IMG/VR virus record: IMGVR_UViG_3300037420_000764
Span: 1 to 42,846 of that record
Source: a virus
Taxonomy: Duplodnaviria; Caudoviricetes
Reading direction: 5' to 3' (one strand)
Length of the DNA stretch: 42,846 nt
The translations under genes were made by a program, and so were the position numbers. The notes beneath the pieces were generated by a model, which was not told the DNA's origin, did no database searches, and saw nothing but the letters and a program-made list of their open reading frames with translations. Of this stretch, positions 34,188 through 42,846 are shown piece by piece. Numbering within the stretch: the first letter of the stretch is position 1; every line of letters begins with the position of its first letter.

Positions 34188-35484
34188 TGAGCGCGAAGTT
34201 GATGACGAGGACATCGGACAGCGATCCGCCAGTCAGGTTCCAGATCCTGATCCGAACTGATCCGGCGGTGATGCCATCGACATCGACGCGGTAAGCGACG
34301 GCGCCGCTCTGAAGAGCGACGAGCACGATATCATTGGTCGCAATCTGACTGTTGTTCAGCGTGAACAGGGCGGACGCGTTGGCCCCAATCGCTGAGTTTG
34401 CCGTGGTGATCTGGCCGCACGGTGCGTTGATCGTTACGCTGGTGTTTTTGTTCGTGGCCTGAGTTTGCGCGTTGCCGGCACCAGTCCCGTAACCGATGCC
34501 ACCAATGGCGGAAGTGGCCCTGATCTTGCCGATGGAATCGATGTCGCCGTTGGAGTAGATCGCGGCCAGTTCGCCGCTGGTGTCCACATATGTTGCGAAC
34601 TTGTTCGTGCGGTTTCGGGGAGCAAGGTTCCTGAACTCGAACCGCCCGATATATGGATTGCCCCCCGAGCGGTTCTGGACACAAAGGGCATAATCGTCGG
34701 CGTTGCTAAGGACGTGCATGTCCCACAGGGGAGCAACTGCGGCGTAAGTCGATTCCGAGCCCACTTTGACCTTGCCGGCAAAACATGCTGGCGCAGGCGG
34801 CGAGCCGTCGTTCGTGTCGGCAACAAACGAAAAGTTGCCAGTGACAGTGCGGAGCTGAGACCGGAATCCTGCGGCCATCCCGCTGACTGCCGTCGTCTGT
34901 TGGTGCTCGGCATGAAAGCAGGATCCGACCGTGACCTTTGTGCCATCCGTGATCTGCCCGCAAGAGAAGCCCCGATACTCGGGGACGACAACGGTGCCGA
35001 AGACGATGCTGGCGACGCTGTAGCCCTTGAAAAGGGTGGTGACGGTGCCTGGTCCGTCGATGACTGAATGGACCTCATCGATGGTCGCGTACTGGGCGTT
35101 TCCGGCATTTCTCAGCCAGATGAACTTGTGCTCATTGGTGATGTGAAAGGTCGTTCCGGCAGTGATGTTGTGATTTACGCCGGCATAGCGGACGCGGATC
35201 GTCTCGAAGCCATAAGCCCCAGTGGCGGTAATCTGGTCATTCTCGCCATAAAGGCGGCTGTCCCCACTGGAATTGCCGCTGAATGAGCGAGTGGTGACGA
35301 GACCAAGGTTGCCCGTTCCAGCGGCGAGCGTCCCCATATCGTAAACGCCCCACGCCAGGGCACAGTCCGCCATCAACTGGCGCAGCGCGTCGTTCATATC
35401 GGCGCGCTCGGCATCTTCGCCGATGTAAATGCCGCTGATGTAGGTGTTGAGCGCGGGGTTGGTAAAGTAGCTGGAAAAGGGCAT
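34168..35484 (-). CDS. Tail fibre/tailspike
   Basis: N-terminal anchor (I.IGE....DMNDALRQLMAD); C-terminal GIGYGTGAG..TQATNK.TSVTINAPCGQIT module. Confidence 0.75.
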   Translation of the reverse strand: MPFSSYFTNPALNTYISGIYIGEDAERADMNDALRQLMADCALAWGVYDMGTLAAGTGNLGLVTTRSFSGNSSGDSRLYGENDQITATGAYGFETIRVRYAGVNHNITAGTTFHITNEHKFIWLRNAGNAQYATIDEVHSVIDGPGTVTTLFKGYSVASIVFGTVVVPEYRGFSCGQITDGTKVTVGSCFHAEHQQTTAVSGMAAGFRSQLRTVTGNFSFVADTNDGSPPAPACFAGKVKVGSESTYAAVAPLWDMHVLSNADDYALCVQNRSGGNPYIGRFEFRNLAPRNRTNKFATYVDTSGELAAIYSNGDIDSIGKIRATSAIGGIGYGTGAGNAQTQATNKNTSVTINAPCGQITTANSAIGANASALFTLNNSQIATNDIVLVALQSGAVAYRVDVDGITAGSVRIRIWNLTGGSLSDVLVINFALIKAVAS

Positions 35485-35498
35485 GAGCACTCCGCATG

Positions 35499-35522
35499 AA
35501 AAAGGCCGCCCAAAGGCAGCCT
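35499..35522 (-). terminator. Rho-independent terminator
   Basis: AGGCTGCC-TTTG-GGCGGCCT-TTTT. Confidence 0.65.
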
Positions 35523-35555
35523 GTTAATTTCGGTTGGTTGTGGTAACTTCAGCCG

Positions 35556-35798
35556 ATGGATGGCTTCATGATTGCCCGACTTGCCGCTGCCGGGGTTGGC
35601 ATGGGTCTGGCTCGGGGATTTTTACAGTGGCGGGCTTCAGCGAGACTGAAGAAACGGGAACGTGGTAGCGGCGAGGAAATCTCCCCCAACCTGCGGATTG
35701 TTGACCAAAGCGTTTCCAGCGGCACGGAACGGAGCTACGCGCTTGAGCAAGGCGGCAGTCAGAAGCTGCTGCCCCCTCCGCGTTCCGAGCAGGCTTAG
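35556..35798 (+). CDS. Antisense small membrane-anchored protein (moron-like)
   Basis: TGGTAACTT extended -10 ends 6 nt before the ATG; hydrophobic N-terminus then basic stretch; overlaps the 3' end of the ejection gene. Confidence 0.45.
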   Translation: MDGFMIARLAAAGVGMGLARGFLQWRASARLKKRERGSGEEISPNLRIVDQSVSSGTERSYALEQGGSQKLLPPPRSEQA

Positions 35799-38399
35799 CG
35801 CGCCCAAGGGAACCGCCGCACCCTCTACAGCGCCTTCACCTCCACCTGCTCCATAGCCCAAGGCTCCGCCAGCGCCTCCCAATCCCCCGGTGGCAAGGCT
35901 AGTCATCAGCCAGCGCGGAGCCGTGCCGCTTTCGGGAAGCTTCGACGACATGACCTGCTGAGCGTCCAGAGCGAGTTGGTTGAATGGACGATCACCAGAT
36001 GCTGCCCCTATGTTGCTGCCGTATTTCTTGGCGCTGGACGTTGCAGCACTTCCCAACTGAGCAGGAGTGAACAGCTGCTGTCCTTCGTCTGAGACTTGGT
36101 TCTTGGCCGCGTTCAGAGCGTCAGAAAGGACGTTGAGGTAGCGATTGGCGGTATTCGCCTTCTGGAACCCTTCAAAAGCACCGGGGGCCTGCGCTTTCAG
36201 CGTGTTGGCCAGAGCATCCTGGGCTTCGCGCATCGTCTGCCCGACTTCGTGCCCATATGCCTTGGGGGCACGCTCTCGAGATGTTCTAGCTAGCCCGCGA
36301 TAAGCCTCCTGAAAGTTACGCCCGGAGAGATCACCAGTTGCCGGATCTACGGCGTTGCCGATGCGATAAGTGAGCGCGTTCTGCGCCGCCTCGCTCGCCC
36401 CCTCGTCATTTGGGATCCCAACGGCCTTGGAGCGAATGGCCTGCATCGCGTCGATGAACTCGGGATTGTTCAGATTGACAGTCGTCGGATCGAGCGCGGA
36501 CGAATAAGCCTGCGACTTGGCCGCGTTGAGGGCGTCAATTCCCTCTTGTCCGACTTGGTTGATCGGTACGCCAATCGTGTTCCCGGCTTCGTTGAATGCG
36601 GCCTGGTTTAGCGCTTCTCGCCCCTCGTTGTAGCGACGAGCAACCATGTTGCCGGGACCGAACACGGAAGTCATGGCGTCTTGCGCCTTCTTCCATCCGC
36701 CACCGAGAACTTCTCCCGCTGTCAGTGGAATGCCAGCAGCCCGCAACCGATCGACCGCGGGATTGACGACGCCGCGAAGACCGGCACCGACCGCCTTGGC
36801 CGCGCCTTGGCCGGCGAGGCTTCCGCCAAGTCCTGCGACCATGCCTACGCCAGCACCGAGCGCGCGGTTATCGTTGTTCTCACCTGCTCCGTAGAGACCC
36901 CCATAGGCTGCATCTCCAAGCGCAGCGGCCTTGATTGGATTAGCAGCTAACCATCCCGCTTTGCCGAGGCCCAGTCCTTTCAGAGCCGCGCCACCGGTGA
37001 GCATCGCTCCAGCGCCGCCCGCAACGCTTCCGAGAAGCGCCGCGTTCGGGTTGGCGTTCATCTGCATCTGCTTGGCAAAATCAGCTGACTGAATGGCGGT
37101 AGAAAGAGGCTGGCCGGTGCGAAGTGCATTCACCGCTCCAGTGGCTTCGTCGGTCAGTCCCGCAGTTCCTGCGTCTGCTGCGGCCAAGGCTCCAGCGGCC
37201 AACGGGCTTGCTGCTGCACGGTTAAAAGCCGTGGTGGGGACGATCTTCTCCCCGTGAACATCGTATCCGCCCTTATAGTTCGGGTTCATCGCCCGCCATG
37301 CAAGCAGCGATTCCGTCTGGCCCATCGGGAAATTGTTGGCCTTGGCGTAGGCTCGGATATTGGCTGACGGCGTACCAGAGGCGAGCATTCCCGCGAGCTT
37401 GTTGTGAACGTCGCCGCGGATGATTTCGGTCTTGGTTCCTCCGGTTGCCGGGGTGAGGCTGGGACCGGGAGGAGGTGCACCCCCGCCCAAGATGGGTGGC
37501 GCTCCACCGAAATCCTTGGGCGTGTCGGGGATATTGCCATCGCCGCCAGGCCCAAGGGCGGTAAATACCTTCTGGGCGTGCGGGTTCAGGAAAGTCATCG
37601 GATCGGCACTGCGACCCATGCCCTGCGTGTAGGCATCTCCCAACGCATCCAGACGCGAGGAAAGGAGCTCGACAGCCTTGCCGATCGCTCCATGAAGCTG
37701 ATCCGGACTTTGCGAGGAGTTGATGGCCTTCGACCATTCCTCGATGCCTGCTTGTGTACCTCCTGAACCTCGGAACGCCTTCTCCAGCTCATCGACAACC
37801 GCGTGCTTGGTCATGTTGAACTTGGACACGCGGGGATCGCCAGTCGCGCTCTCAACGGCGTTAGCGATGGCATTCCAGGCGGGAAGCCCACGATTTTCCA
37901 GCGCCAGGGAATCTTTGTACAGCGTTCCCAGATGCCCTAGCGCTGTGTTGATCGCGGTGATGTTATCGCGGGTCGTGCCGCTGGTGAACTTCTTGCGTGT
38001 GGCGACGCGGGTGGCTGCGTTGGCGGCATCCAGCGTCGGATCATATTGTGTAGCGGCGGCGATAAGCTCCTGCACCGAAGGAGACCGCAGAGCGGCGCCG
38101 GTCGGGAAAGCGCGGCGGCCTTCCGAAAGAGCCTTTACCTGTCCGGCAAGGCTTGTCGGGATCGTCGCCAGATATTCTTCGCCGGTTTTGGATGTGTCGC
38201 CGGGAGGCGGAACCATCGTGTTCTTACTGTCGAAGTCGGCTTGAGCTCGAGCATCGGCAGCGGCAGCGCGAGCATCGGCGCGTTCGGCGCGCTGTTCGGA
38301 TCGTACCTTGCTCGGATCTGGCGGAAGCGCAAAGATACCGCCTCTCGGAGCGGCGCCAGCTGGGCTCACGATAGGATCATTGTCCCACGGATTAGGCAT
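35637..38399 (-). CDS. Large internal virion / DNA ejection protein
   Basis: 920 aa, Ala/Gly-rich helical; P22 gp16/gp20-like position. Confidence 0.75.
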   Translation of the reverse strand: MPNPWDNDPIVSPAGAAPRGGIFALPPDPSKVRSEQRAERADARAAAADARAQADFDSKNTMVPPPGDTSKTGEEYLATIPTSLAGQVKALSEGRRAFPTGAALRSPSVQELIAAATQYDPTLDAANAATRVATRKKFTSGTTRDNITAINTALGHLGTLYKDSLALENRGLPAWNAIANAVESATGDPRVSKFNMTKHAVVDELEKAFRGSGGTQAGIEEWSKAINSSQSPDQLHGAIGKAVELLSSRLDALGDAYTQGMGRSADPMTFLNPHAQKVFTALGPGGDGNIPDTPKDFGGAPPILGGGAPPPGPSLTPATGGTKTEIIRGDVHNKLAGMLASGTPSANIRAYAKANNFPMGQTESLLAWRAMNPNYKGGYDVHGEKIVPTTAFNRAAASPLAAGALAAADAGTAGLTDEATGAVNALRTGQPLSTAIQSADFAKQMQMNANPNAALLGSVAGGAGAMLTGGAALKGLGLGKAGWLAANPIKAAALGDAAYGGLYGAGENNDNRALGAGVGMVAGLGGSLAGQGAAKAVGAGLRGVVNPAVDRLRAAGIPLTAGEVLGGGWKKAQDAMTSVFGPGNMVARRYNEGREALNQAAFNEAGNTIGVPINQVGQEGIDALNAAKSQAYSSALDPTTVNLNNPEFIDAMQAIRSKAVGIPNDEGASEAAQNALTYRIGNAVDPATGDLSGRNFQEAYRGLARTSRERAPKAYGHEVGQTMREAQDALANTLKAQAPGAFEGFQKANTANRYLNVLSDALNAAKNQVSDEGQQLFTPAQLGSAATSSAKKYGSNIGAASGDRPFNQLALDAQQVMSSKLPESGTAPRWLMTSLATGGLGGAGGALGYGAGGGEGAVEGAAVPLGALSLLGTRRGQQLLTAALLKRVAPFRAAGNALVNNPQVGGDFLAATTFPFLQSR

Positions 38400-38752
38400 T
38401 AGCGCAGCCTCTCAAGGATCGATGACGCGTAAGCGTTGGTTTTCGGCCCCCACAGCGCCCGATTGGGGCCACCGTGATAGTAACGGAGGGCATCTCGAGG
38501 GTTGCCCGTTTTTCTGAGGCCTTCTTGCAGATATGCCTCCCCGAGACGGCGCTGGTAATCGGCCGCTTCAGGGGTCGTTCCGGTCATCAGTTGCGGCTGC
38601 CAAGGCAAACCGAGATTGCGTGCCATTTCCTGCGCCGTGGAAGGCAGCAACTGCATTGAACCCACCGCCCGGCCATATTGCGTCTGTTGCCCTACCGCTC
38701 CCGGACGGTCGTGACTTTCCTGCATTGCCACGCCCTTAGCGAGAGCCGGGAA
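38399..38752 (-). CDS. Lytic transglycosylase (SLT) domain; start unclear, possibly reached by +1 frameshift
   Basis: QES catalytic motif, A.G.MQLLPSTA, G..YL, AL..YHGGP, KT.AY. Confidence 0.85.
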   Translation of the reverse strand, partial: FPALAKGVAMQESHDRPGAVGQQTQYGRAVGSMQLLPSTAQEMARNLGLPWQPQLMTGTTPEAADYQRRLGEAYLQEGLRKTGNPRDALRYYHGGPNRALWGPKTNAYASSILERLR

Positions 38753-39410
38753 AGGTGGCCGACGCGCCTTGCGTCGGACCTCCTTTGACGCGAATATGGC
38801 CATCTGGGCTCTTGTACTGAGCGCCAGGAGGAAGCGCGGCATAACCGGCGGCATCCGAGACTATAGGCACATCACCGCCCATCGGAGACGCGCTAGGCGC
38901 TGTGATGCCTCCCAAGGCAGCTGCCAAGCCAGACTGCGGACCGCTGTAAATGCGATCCCCGGGCAAGCTGGTAGTCACAAGTGGGTCACTACTGCGCTCA
39001 AGCCGTTTGCGAGCATATTCGGCGCGCTGTGCTGGATCCGTTATGCCCGCCGCATCAAGCTGCCGAGTGAACTCATCGTCAGGATGGGCGCGCTTGTCGG
39101 CTTGCAACGTAAGAGCATCCGCCAACTCCTGGGCATGGTGGCTTTTCCACGTTTCCTCACCCCGCTCGAAGGCCGTCTGTTCGTCCTGCCGGCGTGCTGC
39201 CATCGGGGCATAGATCGGACCGTTGCCCGCCAGTCCCGATAAAGCGTCGGCCAGAATGCCAACCCAGTTATGCTGAGCTGGCGCTTTCACGTTTGCTGTG
39301 GGCAGCTGCGCGAACGAATTGGTCATCGCTGCCGGGATCGGAGGAGACGCGACATCGACCGGCGGCACATAGGCGTTCGGGTTGAACGGCTTCCTGCCGA
39401 TCATAGCCAT
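38736..39410 (-). CDS. Putative ejection protein
   Basis: 224 aa, AGGAGG RBS, ALPPGAQYKSPDG..RVK C-terminal motif. Confidence 0.7.
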   Translation of the reverse strand: MAMIGRKPFNPNAYVPPVDVASPPIPAAMTNSFAQLPTANVKAPAQHNWVGILADALSGLAGNGPIYAPMAARRQDEQTAFERGEETWKSHHAQELADALTLQADKRAHPDDEFTRQLDAAGITDPAQRAEYARKRLERSSDPLVTTSLPGDRIYSGPQSGLAAALGGITAPSASPMGGDVPIVSDAAGYAALPPGAQYKSPDGHIRVKGGPTQGASATFPGSR

Positions 39411-40055
39411 TTAATGGCCTCCTGCATAAGCAGCGGCACCGTTAGCTGCAGCCTGCATCAGCAACGATCCCCAGCTTGGAGTCGCGGTCTGTGTCGTCGT
39501 GCCGTAGCCGTTGGAAGCCTGCCTGACGTTTCCGTTCAATGCGCCGACTCCGATCCACGGCAGCTCGGCAGCGTTGTTGAGGAGGGACTGGGAACCACCC
39601 ATGAGGCCGGAAGCCTGCCCGACCGCGGCAATCTGGTTCTGACGCTCGGCGGCGTAATTCTGATAGCGCGCCGCGTCTTCGGCCTTGGCGATTTCCCTCG
39701 CGAGAATGGCAGCGTGCATCCCCGAGCCGTAGCGTCCAGAACTCTCGAACTGCCCGTTGACGGCGTTTGTGGTATCCTCACGCGTCTGCCCGAGCATCTT
39801 GTCGAGGTAGGGGTTGCCGTTCAGATAATCGCCACTGAGCGTTCGATTGACCAGACCCTGTGCGCCTAAGATGCCTTGCTCGGCACCCGGAGCAACACGG
39901 CCATAGGTGTCGCGCTGCATCCCGCCATATTTGTTGAGATCGGGCTGCTGCTGGTCGAACACCTTGCTCGACTGATCGAGGCCCTTCAGGATATATGGCT
40001 GTGCCGGCGCCCAAGGGTCGTTTTTCGTGACAGTTTTTGACTTACTGAGCCCCAT
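39411..40055 (-). CDS. Putative ejection/pilot protein
   Basis: MG.SKSKT...PWAPAQPY, NPYLD, GRYGSG motifs; G/Q-rich. Confidence 0.75.
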   Translation of the reverse strand: MGLSKSKTVTKNDPWAPAQPYILKGLDQSSKVFDQQQPDLNKYGGMQRDTYGRVAPGAEQGILGAQGLVNRTLSGDYLNGNPYLDKMLGQTREDTTNAVNGQFESSGRYGSGMHAAILAREIAKAEDAARYQNYAAERQNQIAAVGQASGLMGGSQSLLNNAAELPWIGVGALNGNVRQASNGYGTTTQTATPSWGSLLMQAAANGAAAYAGGH

Positions 40056-40419
40056 CGGCCAGTTCCTTCCTGACGATTTGTTGGTGTAGGCAATATCCGC
40101 TCGGCTTGAGCGCTCGTGCCCACCCTGCTCGTGATTCAACTTGTGCGGCGATGCAGCCTTGCGCCTTCGCCCATTCTTCAGCCTGTGGCGTGATGACCTC
40201 GATGATCTCTTCCAGGTCGCCCGCAGCGATGAGGGCATGAATGTCACGAGCCCCGGTGGGATAATCCCGGATCTCGGTAATCATCGCCGCATTGGGCGAG
40301 CGCCAGAACTTGACCTTCCCACCCAGAACCTGCTCGTCGAGCCATTCCAGCGTGTGATAGCGCTCGTCCATCACCTCGGCGAAAGCGGGGCGGAACTCGC
40401 AATAAGCCGCCCAATCCAT
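40042..40419 (-). CDS. Virion-module protein, GNAT-like fold
   Basis: AAGDLEEI...EEWAKAQGC...SRAGWAR.L...GY. Confidence 0.6.
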   Translation of the reverse strand: MDWAAYCEFRPAFAEVMDERYHTLEWLDEQVLGGKVKFWRSPNAAMITEIRDYPTGARDIHALIAAGDLEEIIEVITPQAEEWAKAQGCIAAQVESRAGWARALKPSGYCLHQQIVRKELADGAQ

Positions 40420-40899
40420 TTACAATGTGCTCGTGAGCTCTGCCCGGCTCGGCCTGCCTCCGGTGGTGATGTTGCCGCCGTCCGTGCCGCCAGTTTCGCC
40501 CGGCGTGGTCGGCTCGGTAATGGGCTCTCCACTGGACACCGTACCCGCATCGGTAATCGTCTGGACTGGAGCTGTTGCAGGAACCGCCAGGGATGTTCCG
40601 AGATAGTTAGGCAAGTTGAACGTCGTTGTTCCGTCGCCGGCCCCTTCGCTGGTTCCGAGGAAGGCGAACAATTCGGGAAACTGGGTCCTGGAAATTGCTG
40701 ATCCGTCGCAAAGCAGGTGGTTGGGAACCGCGTTTCCATTCGGCCTTAGTTTCAAATCCCCGACTACCAGACGGCCCCCGCTCTGGGCGCGAAAGGTATT
40801 TGAAATCCTCCGGTTGTAATCGGCCTGGTTGGCGGTCTGGACCGGCAGGACGGCATCGGCGGTCGTTTTGGTGGCGATGAACAGGAACAGCGAACTCAT
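40420..40899 (-). CDS. Tail collar domain protein (needle position)
   Basis: LLCDGSAISRTQFPELFAFLGT..GDGTTTFNLPN. Confidence 0.8.
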   Translation of the reverse strand: MSSLFLFIATKTTADAVLPVQTANQADYNRRISNTFRAQSGGRLVVGDLKLRPNGNAVPNHLLCDGSAISRTQFPELFAFLGTSEGAGDGTTTFNLPNYLGTSLAVPATAPVQTITDAGTVSSGEPITEPTTPGETGGTDGGNITTGGRPSRAELTSTL

Positions 40900-42317
40900 C
40901 GCCTTGCGCCCCGCGATACTTCGGGATCCAGACCCAAAGCATAAGTCCAGGACGTTCCGGCATCGATCGACAGGGTCATTCGGAAATAGCGCCCTCTCTC
41001 ACGCACCGGCATGTCTCCATTCGAGGCCAGCGTTCCGTAGTTGGTGAAGACGATTGCGTCCCCTAGCTTCGAGCGGCAGGAAATCGACAGTGTAAGGCCC
41101 GAGCTGGCGTCCGTATCCGGCCTTACCCAGCTGACCTGCGCTTCCCGGCCCTTCGCCAGTTCAAGGTCCCCGAGTGTCCATTGCGCGGCTCTTGGAAGAC
41201 CAGTGAGCCTGCCCAACATGCCGGTATCGTTGATGACGTAGAAAGCGCTATCGCCACCCTTGAAGATGGGATCGTCGAGCGACAGGAGGCCGGGAGAGTC
41301 GATGTCGTCGTCAGCTACTCCGACGTTGACATCCGTTTCGTCTATCGTGACCGACTTGGTAACGCCGGAAAAGATGATCTGCGCCGGCTGATCGAGCAAG
41401 GTCCAGCGGTCGAGCACCCAGTGATAGCAGAATATGCGGTCGCCCATCGACCAGCACAGAACCTGATTGGCAATATCGACCGCGGCCGACATGTTGGCCC
41501 AGTCCGCCTTGGTGTAATTGCTGAAGAAGAAGCGGTCGATCCTTTCGGTTCCGATAGGCTTTAAACTCGCTCCGTCCCACAGCATGAACCCGTTGTCTGA
41601 AAGGAATGCCCCGATCTGTCCGTGCTGGAGTACCGAGTGCGGGGTTACACAGCCAAGGTTGCTGCTGATCTCATTGATGACGAAGATGTCATTCCCACCG
41701 ACATATTCCATGCGGCTGATCCGGTTCCTTTGCAGGATCAGCCCATATTCTCCGCCGAACATCCCGTTGATGTCGCCGCCCGACGCCATGATCTGGTAAT
41801 CGGACTGGTTCTGCCCAAAGGTCCAGAACTCGGCATTGTTGATCCCGCTCCATCCCAGGACGTTGGTTTGTCCGTTGAGCACTGCCCCAACGAGGAAATC
41901 CTTGACGATGACCAAGGTGCGAAAGGTCGGCGGGCTTCCACCAAGCGCAGCGGCGGAATGTGCTACAAGATCGATCTTCTGCATCGGATCGACGCCGTTG
42001 GTGGCAACCGCCAGTCCACCGAACTGGGCAAATCTCCACCGTCCAGACGGAGCGCTGTAGCCGGTCCCCAACACCGCCCACGCCATCGAATGGATCAGGT
42101 ACAGGCTGGAATCCGTGCCTCCGATAATCACCGTCTTGCCATCAGGTCCAGTGAAGGTTGCAGCCCCGGTGAATGGTCCAATTCCCCCCGAAATTGCAGC
42201 GGTAAATTGCTTCGCCGGCCGATAACCGTTGGTTCCGGGGTAACAGTTGAGAGCCACGAGAAGGCTTTTGGCATTCAGTGTCGGTTGATCCGGCAGCCAC
42301 TGGCCGAGGGGGATCAT
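40896..42317 (-). CDS. Tail hub / head-stabilisation (P22 gp10-like) protein
   Basis: 473 aa, beta-propeller-like pattern; follows the adaptor. Confidence 0.75.
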   Translation of the reverse strand: MIPLGQWLPDQPTLNAKSLLVALNCYPGTNGYRPAKQFTAAISGGIGPFTGAATFTGPDGKTVIIGGTDSSLYLIHSMAWAVLGTGYSAPSGRWRFAQFGGLAVATNGVDPMQKIDLVAHSAAALGGSPPTFRTLVIVKDFLVGAVLNGQTNVLGWSGINNAEFWTFGQNQSDYQIMASGGDINGMFGGEYGLILQRNRISRMEYVGGNDIFVINEISSNLGCVTPHSVLQHGQIGAFLSDNGFMLWDGASLKPIGTERIDRFFFSNYTKADWANMSAAVDIANQVLCWSMGDRIFCYHWVLDRWTLLDQPAQIIFSGVTKSVTIDETDVNVGVADDDIDSPGLLSLDDPIFKGGDSAFYVINDTGMLGRLTGLPRAAQWTLGDLELAKGREAQVSWVRPDTDASSGLTLSISCRSKLGDAIVFTNYGTLASNGDMPVRERGRYFRMTLSIDAGTSWTYALGLDPEVSRGARR

Positions 42318-42846
42318 GTACGGCCCAGTCTCGGCGCCAGAGGAGCAGCGCCCAGTCTGCGCCTTTCGCCATCCGTCCTTAGTTCGGCGATGGCCTCGTC
42401 AAAGGCGGATTTGAACAGTTGAATGCGCTCGTCGAACCAGCCGTAGACATGGGCCTGCAGGAGACATCCGTAGAGGTACAAATCCGGGGCTCTGGTCAGC
42501 AGCCAGTTGGTGGGGGTGGAAACCGTCAAGGCGGGTATTTTGCGGGTGTAGAGCATCGTCACCCCCGAACCCGTTGCCGGGATAGGAGCGAACGCCAGCT
42601 GGCCGTCGAAGATGCCGTATGTTGAGGGAATGCCGGATATGGACGGAAACCCGCTGAAATCGGCCGCCGTGGCCTGATTCAAGCGATACGTCCCGACATT
42701 GACCGAGCGCATCTCGCCGAAATCGTCGGGGAGACCGAGATACTGTCCAGCCGTGACTGCGGTTGCGATGACCTCCATGTCGGGATCGTCGAGCAGCCGG
42801 TTCAACCTGGCTTCGTTCAGTTCGACGAAACGCGGAATATGCGTCG
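42065..42846. repeat. Terminal duplicated locus, allele B (no insert)
   Basis: Adaptor stop overlaps the hub start directly (TCAT at 42314-42317). Confidence 0.95.
42314..42846 (-). CDS. Head-tail adaptor, second allele (5' truncated by the window end)
   Basis: Same protein as 627-1217 except three substitutions (A/S, V/A, Q/A). Confidence 0.85.
   Translation of the reverse strand, partial: THIPRFVELNEARLNRLLDDPDMEVIATAVTAGQYLGLPDDFGEMRSVNVGTYRLNQATAADFSGFPSISGIPSTYGIFDGQLAFAPIPATGSGVTMLYTRKIPALTVSTPTNWLLTRAPDLYLYGCLLQAHVYGWFDERIQLFKSAFDEAIAELRTDGERRRLGAAPLAPRLGRT

Larger units (their letters stand above)
1..42846. mobile_element. Temperate podovirus genome (P22/SU10-like), excised/circular form; unit length 42064 bp with the optional gene or 41687 bp without
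   Basis: Complete packaging, head, short-tail, lysis, immunity, replication and integration modules. No tape measure or sheath gene. Homologous ends, internal attP, no host genes seen. Confidence 0.92.

Noticed and set aside
26774-35484. Diversity-generating retroelement or invertible fibre cassette
   Set aside because: No reverse transcriptase or invertase, and no adenine-specific TR/VR pair seen; the repeats differ at synonymous sites.
1-42846. CRISPR array, rRNA, IS element or intein
   Set aside because: No regularly spaced repeats, transposase or intein motifs seen by eye.

Overview
The window appears to be a complete, circularly permuted genome (about 42 kb) of a temperate P22/SU10-like podovirus. 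The host is inferred to be an alphaproteobacterium, probably Sphingomonadaceae-like. Minus strand 15.5 kb to 1 bp: cro, GIY-YIG, cII-like, methyltransferase, RusA, DnaA-domain protein, DUF1376 initiator, primase-helicase, late regulator, terminase, portal, scaffold, capsid and adaptor. Minus strand 42.8 to 26.8 kb: tail hub, ejection proteins, transglycosylase, tail fibre, lysis genes and an extra fibre cluster. Plus strand 15.6 to 26.8 kb: cI, Erf/Exo recombination genes, HNHs, xis-int, an intact attP matching the 3' half of tRNA-Val(TAC), and TGT-like and DUF1643 accessory genes. The two ends are divergent alleles of one locus (1-1159 vs 42065-42846) that differ by a precisely inserted 377-bp gene. 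Main candidate novelties: (i) an SD-hairpin-UUUC element that may +1-frameshift an ejection protein into a lytic transglycosylase; (ii) the ATGA-bounded presence/absence gene with flanking synonymous divergence; (iii) a primase-helicase whose zinc-binding domain lies in another frame; (iv) a DnaA-domain-IV gene carrying a perfect DnaA box; (v) a stand-alone TGT/DpdA-like gene beyond attP. All family assignments come from motif recognition by eye, not from database searches.
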